A stretch of DNA of 64,000 nt from an uncultured Gemmatimonadota bacterium (GTDB lineage Bacteria; SM23-81; DAOVCL01): contig CAZVGK010000015.1 of NCBI GenBank assembly GCA_964626665.1, positions 9,443-73,442 on the forward strand, in the 5' to 3' direction. The notes below the pieces were generated by a model. It did not search any database. It saw only the letters and a program-made list of their open reading frames with translations, and was not told the origin of the DNA. This document shows, in pieces, positions 30,986-42,239 of this stretch. Both the position numbers and the translations under genes were made by a program. Every line of letters begins with the position of its first letter. Within the stretch, counting starts at the first letter, position 1.

Positions 30986-31582
30986 ATGGATGACGAATAT
31001 CTTACCATTAAGGGTTTAGCCCAAAGCGAGATAAAGGTTAAGGGTTCCCGGTTTATCGCCACAGCTAAACCTGTAGGGACCGAGGGGGAGGCCAAATCCT
31101 TTCTTCAACGGGTGTCCGACGAATTCCGAGATGCTACTCACAATTCTTATGCTTACCGGCTAAAGGAAGGGGTCTTTCGGTTTAGCGATGCCGGAGAACC
31201 CTCTGGAACTGCCGGGAAACCCATCCTGAGTGCGATCGATTCTCAAGGCCTGACCGATCTGGCCCTGATAGTCACCCGGTATTTTGGCGGGACAAAACTG
31301 GGTGTGGGAGGTCTCATCAGGGCCTACCATCAGGCTACCCTATCTTGCCTTCAGAGGGCAAAGGTAATCACCGCCTACATAACCGAGACCCTAACTCTGG
31401 AGTTCCCTTACGATCAAACGAATACGGCTAAAAGGTTGTTGAGCCAGTTTGGGGCTGAGTCAATCGAAGAGGAATATTCTGATAGGGTGAGGATGACTGT
31501 AACGGTGAGGAGATCCTTCCTCGATAAGTTCCAAAGGGCAATAACTGAAGCCACTAATGGAAGGGCAGAGATTACATTTTGA
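30986..31582 (+). CDS. yigZ: YigZ/IMPACT family protein
   Basis: KGSRFIA, ATHNSYAY, SDAGEPSGTAGKP, RYFGGTKLGVGGL. Confidence 0.93.
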   Translation: MDDEYLTIKGLAQSEIKVKGSRFIATAKPVGTEGEAKSFLQRVSDEFRDATHNSYAYRLKEGVFRFSDAGEPSGTAGKPILSAIDSQGLTDLALIVTRYFGGTKLGVGGLIRAYHQATLSCLQRAKVITAYITETLTLEFPYDQTNTAKRLLSQFGAESIEEEYSDRVRMTVTVRRSFLDKFQRAITEATNGRAEITF

Positions 31583-32475
31583 TGTCATTGGTCTGGGGAT
31601 TGCCCCTCTTGATGTATCAGGCATTCTTCCCAGATATCCCTCCTTAGATGAGAAGACCGAATTTACCCAAACTTCCATTCATGGAGGAGGGCCAGTTCCC
31701 ACGGCAATGGTTACCCTGGTTAGGCTGGGGGCTAAGGTTTCCTTTGTGGGCAAAATAGGGAATGATCCCAATGGAGTTCTGGTGAAAGAGGAGCTGGAAA
31801 GAGAGGGAGTGAATACCTCCCAGCTTATCATTGACCCAAAAGCCGAGACATCAGTGGCCTATATTTGGATTGATGGCAAAAGTGGAAAGAAGACCATAGC
31901 TCTGGACAGGACGAGCATCTCTGCTCTAAAACCTCAGGAGTTGGACAGGGAGCACATCACCTCCGGCAGGTTCCTCCATCTTGATGGAAGGGAAACTGAA
32001 GCCTGCTTAAGGGCGGCCCGGTGGGCAAGGGAGGAGGGAATTAGGGTGGTGCTCGATCTGGGTAGCTTAAGGCCAAAGTTGGAGTCCATCCTCGGCTTAA
32101 CTGATTATCTGATAACCTCAGAGAGGTTTGCCCAGGCCTACACCGGGTTGATCGATCCTAAGAAAGCCGCCCAAGCCCTTTTCCAGCCTCATTATCAGGC
32201 TGTGGTAATCACACTTGGGAGAGAGGGGCTCGCTGGGCTACTCACCTCCTATAACCATATATCAACCTCCTTTTGCGGTCAAGGTTGTCGACACCACCGG
32301 AGCCGGGGATGTCTTTCACGGAGCCTTTATCTACAGTCTGCTACAGGGTTGGAACCTGGCCAAGGCCCTGAAGTTCTCCAGTGGAGCAGCTGCCTTGAAG
32401 TGCACCAAAATTGGAGGAAGGGAGGGTATCCCTACCAGGGATGAGGTGGAAAGGTTAATCAGGGAAAATGGTTAA
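31557..32475 (+). pseudogene. PfkB-family carbohydrate kinase, frameshifted near 32214
   Basis: N-terminal part in the 31557 frame up to VVITL; LGERG...VVDTTGAGDVFHGAF continues in the 32215 frame. Confidence 0.85.
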
Positions 32476-33349
32476 GAAGAAGTTGGCCAAAGAGAGGGCC
32501 AACCAGGCTAAGGAACTTCTCACTAAATGTAAACTCTGTCCGCGAGACTGTAAGGTTAATAGACTCAAGGGTGGAATGGGAGTTTGTGGCGGGGGAAAGT
32601 TGGCTCGGATAGCAAGTGTTGCTCCCCATTTTGGAGAGGAGAAGGTGTTGGTGGGCAGACATGGGTCTGGGACGATCTTCTTCGCCGGTTGTGGCCTAAG
32701 GTGTAGTTTCTGCCAAAACTACCAGATTAGCCATCTTAACCAGGGGAAGGAGGTTTCCGCTGCCAAGCTCGCTGAGGAGATGCTCTATCTCCAATACATT
32801 GGCTGTCACAACATAAACCTGGTTACCCCCACACATTTTCTTCCTCACATTATTAAAGCTTTGGGAATTGCTTATTCGAAGGGGCTGGAGCTGCCCATAG
32901 TTTACAATTGTGGCGGCTACGAGTCACTGGAGGCCCTGGAGCTTCTGGATGGGTTGGTGGACATCTATATGCCCGATTTGAAGTTCACAGATCCTGGGGT
33001 GGGGGAAGAGCTCTCCCATGCTGCAGACTATTATCCTGTGGCCCAGAAGGCGATCAGGGAAATGCATCGCCAGGTGGGTGACTTAGAGGTTGATGGGGAA
33101 GGGATAGCCCAAAGGGGGCTCCTTCTCAGGCACCTTGTCCTTCCCAATGGAGTTGCCGGAACCCAGGAGGCGATGAGGTTTATCGCCCAAGAGGTTTCGG
33201 TTAACACCTATGTAAACATTATGGACCAATACCGTCCCTGTTATAAGGCCACGGAGAACCCTCAGCTCAACCGCCGGATAACAAAGGAAGAGTATCAGAA
33301 GGCTCTGGAGATAGCCAGAGGCTATGGCCTTCACAGGTTCGCAGATTAA
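32468..33349 (+). CDS. Radical SAM protein, PflX-like
   Basis: CKLCPRDC; CGLRCSFCQN; HNINLVTPTH; RHLVLP. Confidence 0.9.
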   Translation: MVKKKLAKERANQAKELLTKCKLCPRDCKVNRLKGGMGVCGGGKLARIASVAPHFGEEKVLVGRHGSGTIFFAGCGLRCSFCQNYQISHLNQGKEVSAAKLAEEMLYLQYIGCHNINLVTPTHFLPHIIKALGIAYSKGLELPIVYNCGGYESLEALELLDGLVDIYMPDLKFTDPGVGEELSHAADYYPVAQKAIREMHRQVGDLEVDGEGIAQRGLLLRHLVLPNGVAGTQEAMRFIAQEVSVNTYVNIMDQYRPCYKATENPQLNRRITKEEYQKALEIARGYGLHRFAD

Positions 33350-33986
33350 ACCAGCTCCGTTCTTGGCTTCCTCAGATATATACTCCGAACGGTCATAGCT
33401 TAAGCATTTTCGGGATTTCTTTTAACCGCAAAGAACGCAGAGATCGCAAAGGATTTTACTCTGTGGGTCTTGCGTCTTCTTCGCGAACTTTGCGGTTAGA
33501 AAACGCAGATTATACCCGTGTAAAGTATACAAGGGATATTCTACCACGCTTTAGCGCAGGGTCTTCCTGAGCCGTCAGTTGCCCTCCTCTGACGGCTCGC
33601 CGCAAAGGATGTGCGTTAATCTGCGTCCCATAGAGTCCGTCTGAAGCGAGCTAAGTTCAGTGTAGGGGTTCGATTCATCGAACCCGCAAGACGGTCGGAT
33701 AAATCCGATCCTTACGAAGATTTTCTCCCACCCTTTACCCCATCCATTCATAAATTCGTAGGTAACATCTCAGGTCGCCGAAAGTTTTTATTGCAAGGAC
33801 AGAGGAAAGCGGACAGGCATAAGGTTTCTCCCTACAGAACTCCGTCAGGGCAAGGGGCCTACCAGCACAGAAAATCCAGAGGATCTGCGTTAATCTGCGT
33901 CCCACAGAGTCCACCCGCAGGACATTAAGTTCTTCTCGGGGGAACCATTCGGCCTTGGTAATCGTCTATTCTTATGAGAGAGGCAA

Positions 33987-34496
33987 ATGAGATCTGACAA
34001 AATGATTATAGAGGCTGTTTTAACGGGAGATAAAGAGGCGTTCGCAGAGATTGTGAACCGATATAAAGATCCGCTCTTCAGATATCTCCTCTCCTTGGGG
34101 GCCCAGATGGAAGAAGCAAGAGATTTAGCTCAGGACTCCTTTTTCAAGCTTTTTCTCACCCTGGAAAATTTTGGCTTTCGCTCAAGCCTCTACACTTATC
34201 TCTGTCGCATAGGCAGAAATCTGCATATCGACCGAGTAAGGAGGCAAAGGAGGGAAAGAGAGGTAATTGGGTATTGGGTGGATTGCCATCAGCCTAAAAT
34301 ACCCCAAAAGATGGAGCTCCTTGAGGCCCTTTCCCGCCTGCCCCCTGAACAAAGGTTGGTTATGGACTTCTTCTACATTCAGGGATACAAACAGAGGGAG
34401 ATTGCTGAGTTATTGGGGATACCCACAGGGACGGTGAAGTCAAGGATAGACAGGGGATTAAAGAAGTTGAAAGGTATATTAAATGAAGAGACTTAG
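33987..34496 (+). CDS. ECF sigma-70 factor
   Basis: ARDLAQDSF region 2; EIAELLGIPTGTVKSRI region 4. Confidence 0.92.
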   Translation: MRSDKMIIEAVLTGDKEAFAEIVNRYKDPLFRYLLSLGAQMEEARDLAQDSFFKLFLTLENFGFRSSLYTYLCRIGRNLHIDRVRRQRREREVIGYWVDCHQPKIPQKMELLEALSRLPPEQRLVMDFFYIQGYKQREIAELLGIPTGTVKSRIDRGLKKLKGILNEET

Positions 34497-34683
34497 AGAA
34501 TTAAAGGTTCATAAACTGGATGGGAATTTTACCTCCGAGGTAATGGCTAAAATAGAGTTGGCCCAGAGGATGAAGGGTTTGTATACATTTTCTCGGATAG
34601 GGAGAACTTTAGCTTCCTATGGCTTTGGCCGTATGGTTCGAAGGAAGGTAGTTAGAAGAAGAATCTTAATTCCAAGGAGGTAG
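34483..34683 (+). CDS. Small protein overlapping the sigma gene, possible anti-sigma
   Basis: Overlapping start; NFTSEVMAKI resembles anti-sigma N-termini. Confidence 0.55.
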   Translation: MKRLRELKVHKLDGNFTSEVMAKIELAQRMKGLYTFSRIGRTLASYGFGRMVRRKVVRRRILIPRR

Positions 34684-34687
34684 AGAA

Positions 34688-35428
34688 ATGTTAAATTTTG
34701 CAGAGGTTATTGAGAAGGTTCCTCAGAGGTTGCCTCAGATAGAGGTAGAAAAACCCCCAGAGAGGGAGATAGAGCTTCTCATCAAAGGTGATCCTTCCTT
34801 TATGAACAGATTCCAGTATGGGGACGAATATATCTGGTGCGATTATGACTATCCCTCAAAGGAGCTGAGCCAGGTTAGCCTCTGCCAGGTGGGGGGACCG
34901 ATGCTGGTTAATGGAGAGGAAACCTTTGAGCTCTGGATAAGGGGTTACAACCCAAAAGGGGAGAGGTCAGATGAATCCTGGTGGTATCATGCGGTCAAGG
35001 GGGAGAAAGTAGATACCCTTCTCTTTGTAAGCAAAGACAACGAGGGAAAGGGAAAGGTTGAGGAAACCGAAATTAGCTTCCCTTTGCGGGTGAGGACAGG
35101 CCAGAGATGGAAGTCAAAGGAGGTTTATCATACTGGTAGGTTACACAGAGAAAGTGAATCTCAGGAAGAGGTTGATGGCCCCTATCTGGTTAAGTTTGGA
35201 GAGACCGAGGAGGAGTGTATAAGGTGGCTGATGGCTGGCCACGGAGAGGGGAGAAAGGACCTGGCTGAGGTTTTTATCTCCATTAAATCCGGGATTACTT
35301 TCCTTTTCCGCAGATACAACGGCTCAGGGTGGGACAATCTAAGGGAGCTAAAGGATTCCCCTAAGGTTAACTACGGTGGGGAGGATTATCTTCTCTGGTA
35401 CTGCTCGATTCCGTTCAGAGGCATTTAG
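34688..35428 (+). CDS. Hypothetical protein in the ECF operon
   Basis: AGGAGG RBS; 246-aa soluble ORF. Confidence 0.8.
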   Translation: MLNFAEVIEKVPQRLPQIEVEKPPEREIELLIKGDPSFMNRFQYGDEYIWCDYDYPSKELSQVSLCQVGGPMLVNGEETFELWIRGYNPKGERSDESWWYHAVKGEKVDTLLFVSKDNEGKGKVEETEISFPLRVRTGQRWKSKEVYHTGRLHRESESQEEVDGPYLVKFGETEEECIRWLMAGHGEGRKDLAEVFISIKSGITFLFRRYNGSGWDNLRELKDSPKVNYGGEDYLLWYCSIPFRGI

Positions 35429-35636
35429 CCTGAACCGATACGGAAATACCACAAGATTTGAACTTTGGCGATTTATGCATCTCTTGTAGGGATAAACCTT
35501 CAGGCCTGTCCGCTCTCCTCCGTTGTTCCGAGAGGGTGGGGGCTATGGAGTACGTCAATTCCTGTTGACGCATGCTGTGACAGAAGTCACAGCACTCCAA
35601 AATTATGGAGCGAAGTGAAAAGGATGTGACAAAAAT

Positions 35637-36119
35637 TTAGCCATTGCAGAGTTGTCTGTGAGGACATCGGCGACAGGCAAAGCCCTTGCGGGTCCATCTT
35701 TTTAAAAGTGGGAGGAATAGGGATAGCCCAAAGATGATCAGCCAGTGGAGGTTCCTCTGGGTAAGTAATTTGAAAAGGGCTAAGAGAGAGGGTAGTACCC
35801 AGATGAGAGTTAAAAGCAAGGCAAAGTGAAGGCTAAAGGCAAAATCCTTCTCTTTACCCCGGGGGAAGAGAAAGGCAGCGACCTTTCCCCATCCTATCTG
35901 GCACCTTTTCCCATACCAATAACAATTTCGGCACCTGGAGAGAGGAAGAATAACTAAAACACCAAAAACGGCATAGATGGAGTAGACAATTGCTGCCATC
36001 TGGTTTAATCTGTTGAAGATATAAAATCCCAGGGCGAAAATGGAACCACAGATTATCCACCTGAGGATGATCAATGCCCAAGGATATGCCTCCCTGGGGA
36101 GTCTTTCCTCTCCCTCCAT
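35637..36119 (-). CDS. Cys-rich membrane protein
   Basis: Four TM segments; CRNCYWYGKRC and CRRCPHRQLC. Confidence 0.75.
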   Translation of the reverse strand: MEGEERLPREAYPWALIILRWIICGSIFALGFYIFNRLNQMAAIVYSIYAVFGVLVILPLSRCRNCYWYGKRCQIGWGKVAAFLFPRGKEKDFAFSLHFALLLTLIWVLPSLLALFKLLTQRNLHWLIIFGLSLFLPLLKRWTRKGFACRRCPHRQLCNG

Positions 36120-36356
36120 TTGTTTCCTCCCTTCTTTTATAAAAGCTTGAACACGAATTCCACGAATAGACAAATGGCACGAATTCTAATTGACTCGGCT
36201 TTCAGCGTTCAGCCTTCAGCACTCAGCTTTTAACACCGAGGTGGCAGAACCCCGATTCTGCCACTCTCCCTTAATCGCCGTCAGGTGAGGGCACCTGACG
36301 GCTCGTCTATTCCTGTGGATTCGTTTATTCGTGCCATTTGTGTTCCAAAGCTTCGA

Positions 36357-39300
36357 CTATTTTATGAGGAGAAGTTTACGTACCCCTTGAAAATCCCCGG
36401 CCCTGAGCCGACAGAAGTAGATGCCGCTTGCTAACCCTTTGGTATTCCATGTAACTGCCTTATATCCTGGGGTTTGTTTCCCATCCACCAATGTGACTAC
36501 CTTCTGCCCAAGGATGTTGTAGATTTCCAGGCTGACCGCTGATCGCTGACCTGTGCTCGGAACGGCATCGCTGACAGCCGGGATGGCGTAGCGGATGAGG
36601 GTGGTGGAATTAAAGGGGTTGGGGTAGTTCTGAAAGAGGGTAAAAAAGGTCGGGAGCTTCCTCCCGCTGACCTCACTTTTTACCCCCACTGAATAGTCTA
36701 CATAGGATACTTTTACATCATCAATATACCAACCTGCCCTGGTGCCTGAGCCATTTGAGCCAAACTGCCACCTGATAACCGCCGTATCGCCCTCTCCTAA
36801 ATAGGGTGAGAGGTCAACTTTGGCCTTCTCCCAGAAGCTATGGTTACCTGTATAGCACCGTTGTCCCGGTATGCCAGAGTTGTCTAAAGGAACCCAACCC
36901 TGAGGATAAGGATCTTCGGGATCGATGATCTGCCAATCTCCCCCGTTTACCGAGATCTTCAGATTACCACCATCCGCATCCTGGCAGTCATACCAGTGCC
37001 AGAACTCCAAGGTTGCCTTAGAGGAGTTGGGGATGGGTAGCTTAGGGGAATCAAGGATAGAATTGGAGTTATTAGAGTAGGAACCATCTAAGGATGTTGC
37101 CCAGAGGTTAGAGTCGCTGTGGGCCCCGCTCGGGCCATATTGGGGCTTTCCCCATTGCCAATTGCCAGAGGGGAAGAGTGCTCCGCTGTCTGAGTCAAAA
37201 TCGGAGAAATAGATATAGACCCTTGGATAAAGAACAAGGTCTATGCTCGTCGTTTCCTCATAAGATATGGTTACCTCAGATATAAGGGTATCCTCATACC
37301 CTTCCTTTGAGGCCCGCAGGGTATAGCTTCCTTGGTAGAGCCCATCCAGATGCCAATTGCCATCAGCAGAGGTGGTATCTGCTGCAGAAAACGCTCCCGA
37401 AGTTAGGGTTACTACAGCCCCTCCATCATTGGGTCTACCCCTCAAATCAACCATTCCGCGGATCATACCTTGGGGTTCCCCTTCCTTTGCCAAAAGATAG
37501 AAACAGGTGTTTTCCAAGAGGTCCTTTCGCTGCAAGCTATCCGTAAGGGCAAGGAAGTTGAAGCTATAGAAGACTATCTGCCCACCTTGCGGATCTGGGG
37601 TGGGATCATAGACCAAGACACCAGCATCACCATCATTGCACTGATAGACCACAAAGGCATCCCCAGCGGGGACCGATGCATCCTGGTCCCCCCAGTCAAA
37701 GGGATCAAAGGTTATCCCCAGGGTAGAAGGCAGCCTGTTGGGATAATTGGCAATGGGATGATCGCTGAAGGAGCCAACCTGGTTTAAATCCCCCGCTTCG
37801 TCTCCTTCCCATCCCGTTATATGGAGGACACTTTGGGCAAAGGAGGGATATTTCGGATCCACGCAAGAGTCATAGCCCAGCTCTCCCCCTTCAATAAGCA
37901 GTTTGCCCCCGCTTGCCACATAGCTTTCCAAGGCATCCCGATAAGATGAGATTACCACGGGGCTTTGATCCTGTCCATCGCTCCAAATGATGAAAGGATA
38001 ATTACTCCAATTGGACGGATTTGTAGAAGAGGATGGTTCCAATTTGGCATTGAGGTTCAGCTCCCGTAAATATTGGACGATAGTCTGCGCTGCTCCCTTT
38101 GCCTTTGTCTTCTCCCATTTTTTGTTTGTCGCGCCCCCCCTGACATTTACAAGCCCCTGCTTCCCTGTTTCATCGTCAATTACCAGAATGCTATCTGCAA
38201 ATGGGAGCATCCCAAAATCCTCTTTCAGGCTATCCTCCCCAAACGAAACAGTTGTTGTCCGAGGAAGATGCAGCCAGGAACTGACTTTAAAAGTATAGCC
38301 GAAGTAGGGAAGTTTTACAGAGAAGCTCCCCCCCTGTGTGGAGTCCGTTTGGATGGTAGCGTAAAGTTGTGGTCTTTCCTCTCTGGTAAAGACGCGGACA
38401 GTGGCGTTCAGCGGTTCACCAGTGGAAGAATCATAGACTACCCCCTCAACCTTTCCTTGAGAAGCAGAATTCAAGCATAAGGCGATGTCGTTTACATTAT
38501 GCCTTAAAAGGATAGCTGTTTTCTTTGGACTGTATCCAAACATTTCCAGGTAGAGATCATATACCCCAACGGGGAGTTTCTCTTCTACTTGAAACCTACC
38601 CCTGCCATCGGTATCCAGTTTGAAAAGGGGAGAAACCGAGGATGTATCAGCTCCTCCGGGGAATCCCAGGATTTGCACCCCGCTCAGGGAGTCTTGGCTG
38701 AGACTGTCGTACACAACACCCGATAGCCACCCATACACTTCGGTCACTGGGATGTCCTTTTGATAAATCTTAAAGCCGGACTTGGCGATCGCACACTTGA
38801 GACTCCCTACGGTATCAGGGAGAACCTCCACCTCTGTGGCATAGCCCGAAGTATAGACGCTTGTATTCACCCCACATCCCCTGGCAAAGAGGGAAAAGCC
38901 TGGGTTCCATACCTGAGCCTGGATCTCCCCGGCAATATCTGGAGTCAAGGCATTAATCAGCCAGATAGAGGGGACAAAGGCAGAGATGGAGGGTGAAGTA
39001 AGAGTTAAACCACCTATGATTATAATCGAATCTGCAAGCAGATCATAAGCATCCCCTATCTTCCTGCCCTTGACCATAAGAACCTCCCCATAGGGAGGGT
39101 AAACCATAAGGGATGCTTCCCCCAGGCTATTAGTGGTATCCACAAGGGAAATTCCCCAACCCGAAATGGTAACCTCCACATCCGGTATGGGTTGAGCCGT
39201 TCCCTCGTCCAAAACCTTAACTTCCACCTGAGTAGAGGTGTTTATGGGGATGGAGTCCGGGCTAACAGTTGATATTGCGGGGGAGATAACCTCTACCATC

Positions 39301-41306
39301 CCGATATAGGGCTTAAAGTTGTGTTTGGTAACCGTCACATAGAGGGTTCCTGGAGAGGAGATTTGGGGATAAATTCCCACATTGGCATAGCCCCCTTGGG
39401 AATAAGCTACCCCGTAAGTTATACCATCTTTGTAGAGGGTTACTAAGGCGCTGTCCTGGTCTACAGCCATCTCCATTGTCTGGACAAGGAGAGGAAGGGT
39501 GTCGTTGTATGAAACTACAAAGGTACCAGGAGCTCCAATAAAAAGGTCCAAGGATGGTTCCCCCAAGAGGTTATAGACCTCAAAGTAGTATTTGACATTT
39601 GCTGCCAGCCCATAATACTGGAAGATCTTCAATTTCGCTCCATTGGTCATCCCCGAGAGGGTATGCAGACCTCCACCAAAGCCTGATAGATAAAGCCCTC
39701 TCTCCAAAACATCGTCCTCGTCCCAGTAGGTGTAATTGGAAGCTCCCCAGAAGCCCACTCCTCCCTTATCCTTGGCCCTTAACCATTTTTCACCGAAGCA
39801 AACCGAAGAGTTGTAGGTTCCTGTTAGGCAGGCATTGCTGATCACAAAGGGATACATCCCCTGGTTGGTTAGGCTTGTTATATTGGAGCCACCATACCCC
39901 GGATCTTGCCAGGTAGTTACGCTTCCATGCCCGGAATAGTTGACCCAGACCTGCCCCCAATTGAGAGCGGAGTCTATGTTGCTTGTCGATCCCCCAAAGT
40001 GGGAATAGACCCTCGTGGAAAGGACTCCCAAAGGCTCAAAATAGGTGAGGGCCATCTCATTGTGAGTTCCCTCCGTAAGGTTATGATTTTCACTTGAGGC
40101 AATGAACGTGGCCCGGGAAAGCCAATCCGTTTGAAGATTTTCCAGCTTCTCAAAACTAAGTATCTTGTCCACGATATTCCCGGCTTCATTGGAAATCTTT
40201 ACCGATAAACGGCCAATGCCGATGTCGGGGAAGAGATCGGAGCCATCCACCGTGGAATAATAAAGATCCGTGGCTTTTGCCGTGTGTCCCTCTAAGGGGT
40301 ATCTGCCGGAATAGGGCTGAATATAGGCGGATGCCACTCCAGACGTATCCCCTTCCCCCACCAGGAGGACATAAGCGGGAGGATTTTCCCAATTGTAATA
40401 AGCATTGCTGATAAATGTTCTTATGCTTGCCGTATCCGAGCCTATCTCCGATGTCCTCACCATAACAGTTGAGAAGCCCCTCTTACCAATCCACTCTTTT
40501 AAGGGCTGAATCTCTTCCCAGAAATCATCGGCAGTAATGATCAGGTAGCCCTTTGGAGATGTTTTCGGGAAGAAGCCTTCATAGGTGCCATAATTTATGA
40601 AACTGTTTTGGACCAGTTTCTCCCAGGAGGGTGAGTAGAGTCTTTTCAAATTGGCCTCTGTAGAGGAAATATCTGATCCCAGGAGGTTAATTTGCAGTTT
40701 AAGCTGAGTAATTAGCTTCACCTGTGCTTTCCCGGGATTATAGATTAGGGGGAAAACCTCCAGGGTGATAAATCTGTGTCCCCTTATCACCCCTTCTGGG
40801 CCTATCCTCACAGGCTTCTCAGGGGAAAAGACGTCTTGGGAATAGAAGGAATTATCGATGGAAAACTTGCTTGGCGTATCGATGTCCTTTCGCCTGGAAG
40901 GCTGAGACGGGAGAATGGGATATTCCAACCCCAGATCAGTTAATCTATATTCCTTTATGGAAGAAGAGACTATCTGCAGGGAAGGGGTAGCCCCATAAGG
41001 GATCTCCACAAGTTCCCTGATAACGGGAAGTTTAGGTCTGCCGACCTCTCTGTTGAAGCCATATCCAGGAAAGGAGATTTCGCTGAATTTTCCGCCCTTG
41101 GTGGAGACAACTTCATAGCTCAACCCTTTTACATCTATCTCCAAACTGATGGCCGTGGGGTCAGATCTGACCAAAGACACCCTTGGTTTCTCAGGGGAGG
41201 TGATGCCCTGGGGTGAGAACCATCCTCCTTGTGCTTCTCCCAAAAGAAAAAAGGACAAAGCAACAAATAGGAAACCAACCAATCTTTTCGTCCTAAACAA
41301 TTCCAT
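36357..41306 (-). CDS. Gingipain-like C25 cysteine peptidase with propeptide, carboxypeptidase-regulatory-like domains and CTD
   Basis: VGRPKLP propeptide; [37 protein letters not shown]-terminus. Confidence 0.92.
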   Translation of the reverse strand: MELFRTKRLVGFLFVALSFFLLGEAQGGWFSPQGITSPEKPRVSLVRSDPTAISLEIDVKGLSYEVVSTKGGKFSEISFPGYGFNREVGRPKLPVIRELVEIPYGATPSLQIVSSSIKEYRLTDLGLEYPILPSQPSRRKDIDTPSKFSIDNSFYSQDVFSPEKPVRIGPEGVIRGHRFITLEVFPLIYNPGKAQVKLITQLKLQINLLGSDISSTEANLKRLYSPSWEKLVQNSFINYGTYEGFFPKTSPKGYLIITADDFWEEIQPLKEWIGKRGFSTVMVRTSEIGSDTASIRTFISNAYYNWENPPAYVLLVGEGDTSGVASAYIQPYSGRYPLEGHTAKATDLYYSTVDGSDLFPDIGIGRLSVKISNEAGNIVDKILSFEKLENLQTDWLSRATFIASSENHNLTEGTHNEMALTYFEPLGVLSTRVYSHFGGSTSNIDSALNWGQVWVNYSGHGSVTTWQDPGYGGSNITSLTNQGMYPFVISNACLTGTYNSSVCFGEKWLRAKDKGGVGFWGASNYTYWDEDDVLERGLYLSGFGGGLHTLSGMTNGAKLKIFQYYGLAANVKYYFEVYNLLGEPSLDLFIGAPGTFVVSYNDTLPLLVQTMEMAVDQDSALVTLYKDGITYGVAYSQGGYANVGIYPQISSPGTLYVTVTKHNFKPYIGMVEVISPAISTVSPDSIPINTSTQVEVKVLDEGTAQPIPDVEVTISGWGISLVDTTNSLGEASLMVYPPYGEVLMVKGRKIGDAYDLLADSIIIIGGLTLTSPSISAFVPSIWLINALTPDIAGEIQAQVWNPGFSLFARGCGVNTSVYTSGYATEVEVLPDTVGSLKCAIAKSGFKIYQKDIPVTEVYGWLSGVVYDSLSQDSLSGVQILGFPGGADTSSVSPLFKLDTDGRGRFQVEEKLPVGVYDLYLEMFGYSPKKTAILLRHNVNDIALCLNSASQGKVEGVVYDSSTGEPLNATVRVFTREERPQLYATIQTDSTQGGSFSVKLPYFGYTFKVSSWLHLPRTTTVSFGEDSLKEDFGMLPFADSILVIDDETGKQGLVNVRGGATNKKWEKTKAKGAAQTIVQYLRELNLNAKLEPSSSTNPSNWSNYPFIIWSDGQDQSPVVISSYRDALESYVASGGKLLIEGGELGYDSCVDPKYPSFAQSVLHITGWEGDEAGDLNQVGSFSDHPIANYPNRLPSTLGITFDPFDWGDQDASVPAGDAFVVYQCNDGDAGVLVYDPTPDPQGGQIVFYSFNFLALTDSLQRKDLLENTCFYLLAKEGEPQGMIRGMVDLRGRPNDGGAVVTLTSGAFSAADTTSADGNWHLDGLYQGSYTLRASKEGYEDTLISEVTISYEETTSIDLVLYPRVYIYFSDFDSDSGALFPSGNWQWGKPQYGPSGAHSDSNLWATSLDGSYSNNSNSILDSPKLPIPNSSKATLEFWHWYDCQDADGGNLKISVNGGDWQIIDPEDPYPQGWVPLDNSGIPGQRCYTGNHSFWEKAKVDLSPYLGEGDTAVIRWQFGSNGSGTRAGWYIDDVKVSYVDYSVGVKSEVSGRKLPTFFTLFQNYPNPFNSTTLIRYAIPAVSDAVPSTGQRSAVSLEIYNILGQKVVTLVDGKQTPGYKAVTWNTKGLASGIYFCRLRAGDFQGVRKLLLIK

Positions 41307-41525
41307 TTTCATCTCCTTTGCTGAGTTGTTCCTTAAGATAAGCAATTGCTCAGAGTTTTTCAAGAAGTTTTATCTCAGACAATAGGTGAAAACACCAAGT
41401 GACACCGAAACCACCGAAATATCAGGAAATTATAAACCTGATTTGTCGGGAGGTTTTTAAGCGAATCCCCCCAGTTTTCTGTTATTACTCAGGTTACATT
41501 ATAGTCAACACATAGGCATTCCAAT

Positions 41526-41615
41526 TGTCATTGCGAGGAGCGTAGCGACGAAGCAATCTCATAGTCTAAACCCCCGTTCGAAGGTTTAGATTGCTTCGCT
41601 GCGCTCGCAATGACA
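41526..41615. repeat. Palindromic element TGTCATTGCGAG...GAAGCAATC / GATTGCTTCG...CTCGCAATGACA
   Basis: Full copy here; half copies near 519-553, 2647-2690 and 43614-43642. Confidence 0.85.
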
Positions 41616-41768
41616 TGTAATCTTTTTAGTGACCCCAATAGTATTTCGGTGTTTAATGAACAATTTGTGTAAAAGGGGGTGAACTGCAAAAAAATACAAC
41701 AAAATACCACAAAATCCTTGACATACGAGATCGTATTGATTACTTTTTTTTAAAAAAAGGCGGGATGT

Positions 41769-42239
41769 ATGACTTCAAAACAGAGGGCAAAGGATTTGAA
41801 GCTGCTGACTGCAGGCGAGATAGCCAATATCCTGAGGATGAACCATCAAGTTATCCTGCGGAAACTACAAAGCGGCGAGATTGAAGGCTACAAGTTAGGA
41901 AAGGACTGGAGGATTGAGGAGGAAAAGTTCTGGGAGTGGCTACAAAGCAAAGGCAATAGGCTGCTTGCCAAAGATGAGAGGGCGAAGACCATTCAGACAT
42001 TTTTCAAAAACGGGAAGTTAGTTAGCCTTCCAGCTAAGAGAAAGAAGAGGTTGTATGTATTGGAAAGGATTTGGCAGGATTTCTCCCGTAACAGGGTCTA
42101 TAGTGAAAGCGATGTGAATGAGATTATTTTGCGGTATTACGACGATTTCTGCACCATCAGAAGGGAGCTGGTTGACAATGGCTTTATGGTCAGATCAGGT
42201 GGTAAATACAAGGCAGTGGCCGGGAAACAAAGCCTTTAA
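41769..42239 (+). CDS. Excisionase-like HTH plus DUF2087 protein
   Basis: LLTAGEIANIL...GYKLGKDWRI; LPAKRKKR...YSESDVN...DFCTIRRELVD. Confidence 0.85.
   Translation: MTSKQRAKDLKLLTAGEIANILRMNHQVILRKLQSGEIEGYKLGKDWRIEEEKFWEWLQSKGNRLLAKDERAKTIQTFFKNGKLVSLPAKRKKRLYVLERIWQDFSRNRVYSESDVNEIILRYYDDFCTIRRELVDNGFMVRSGGKYKAVAGKQSL

Noticed and set aside
41769-42239. Prophage excisionase
   Set aside because: HTH is fused to DUF2087 and no phage or integrase genes are nearby
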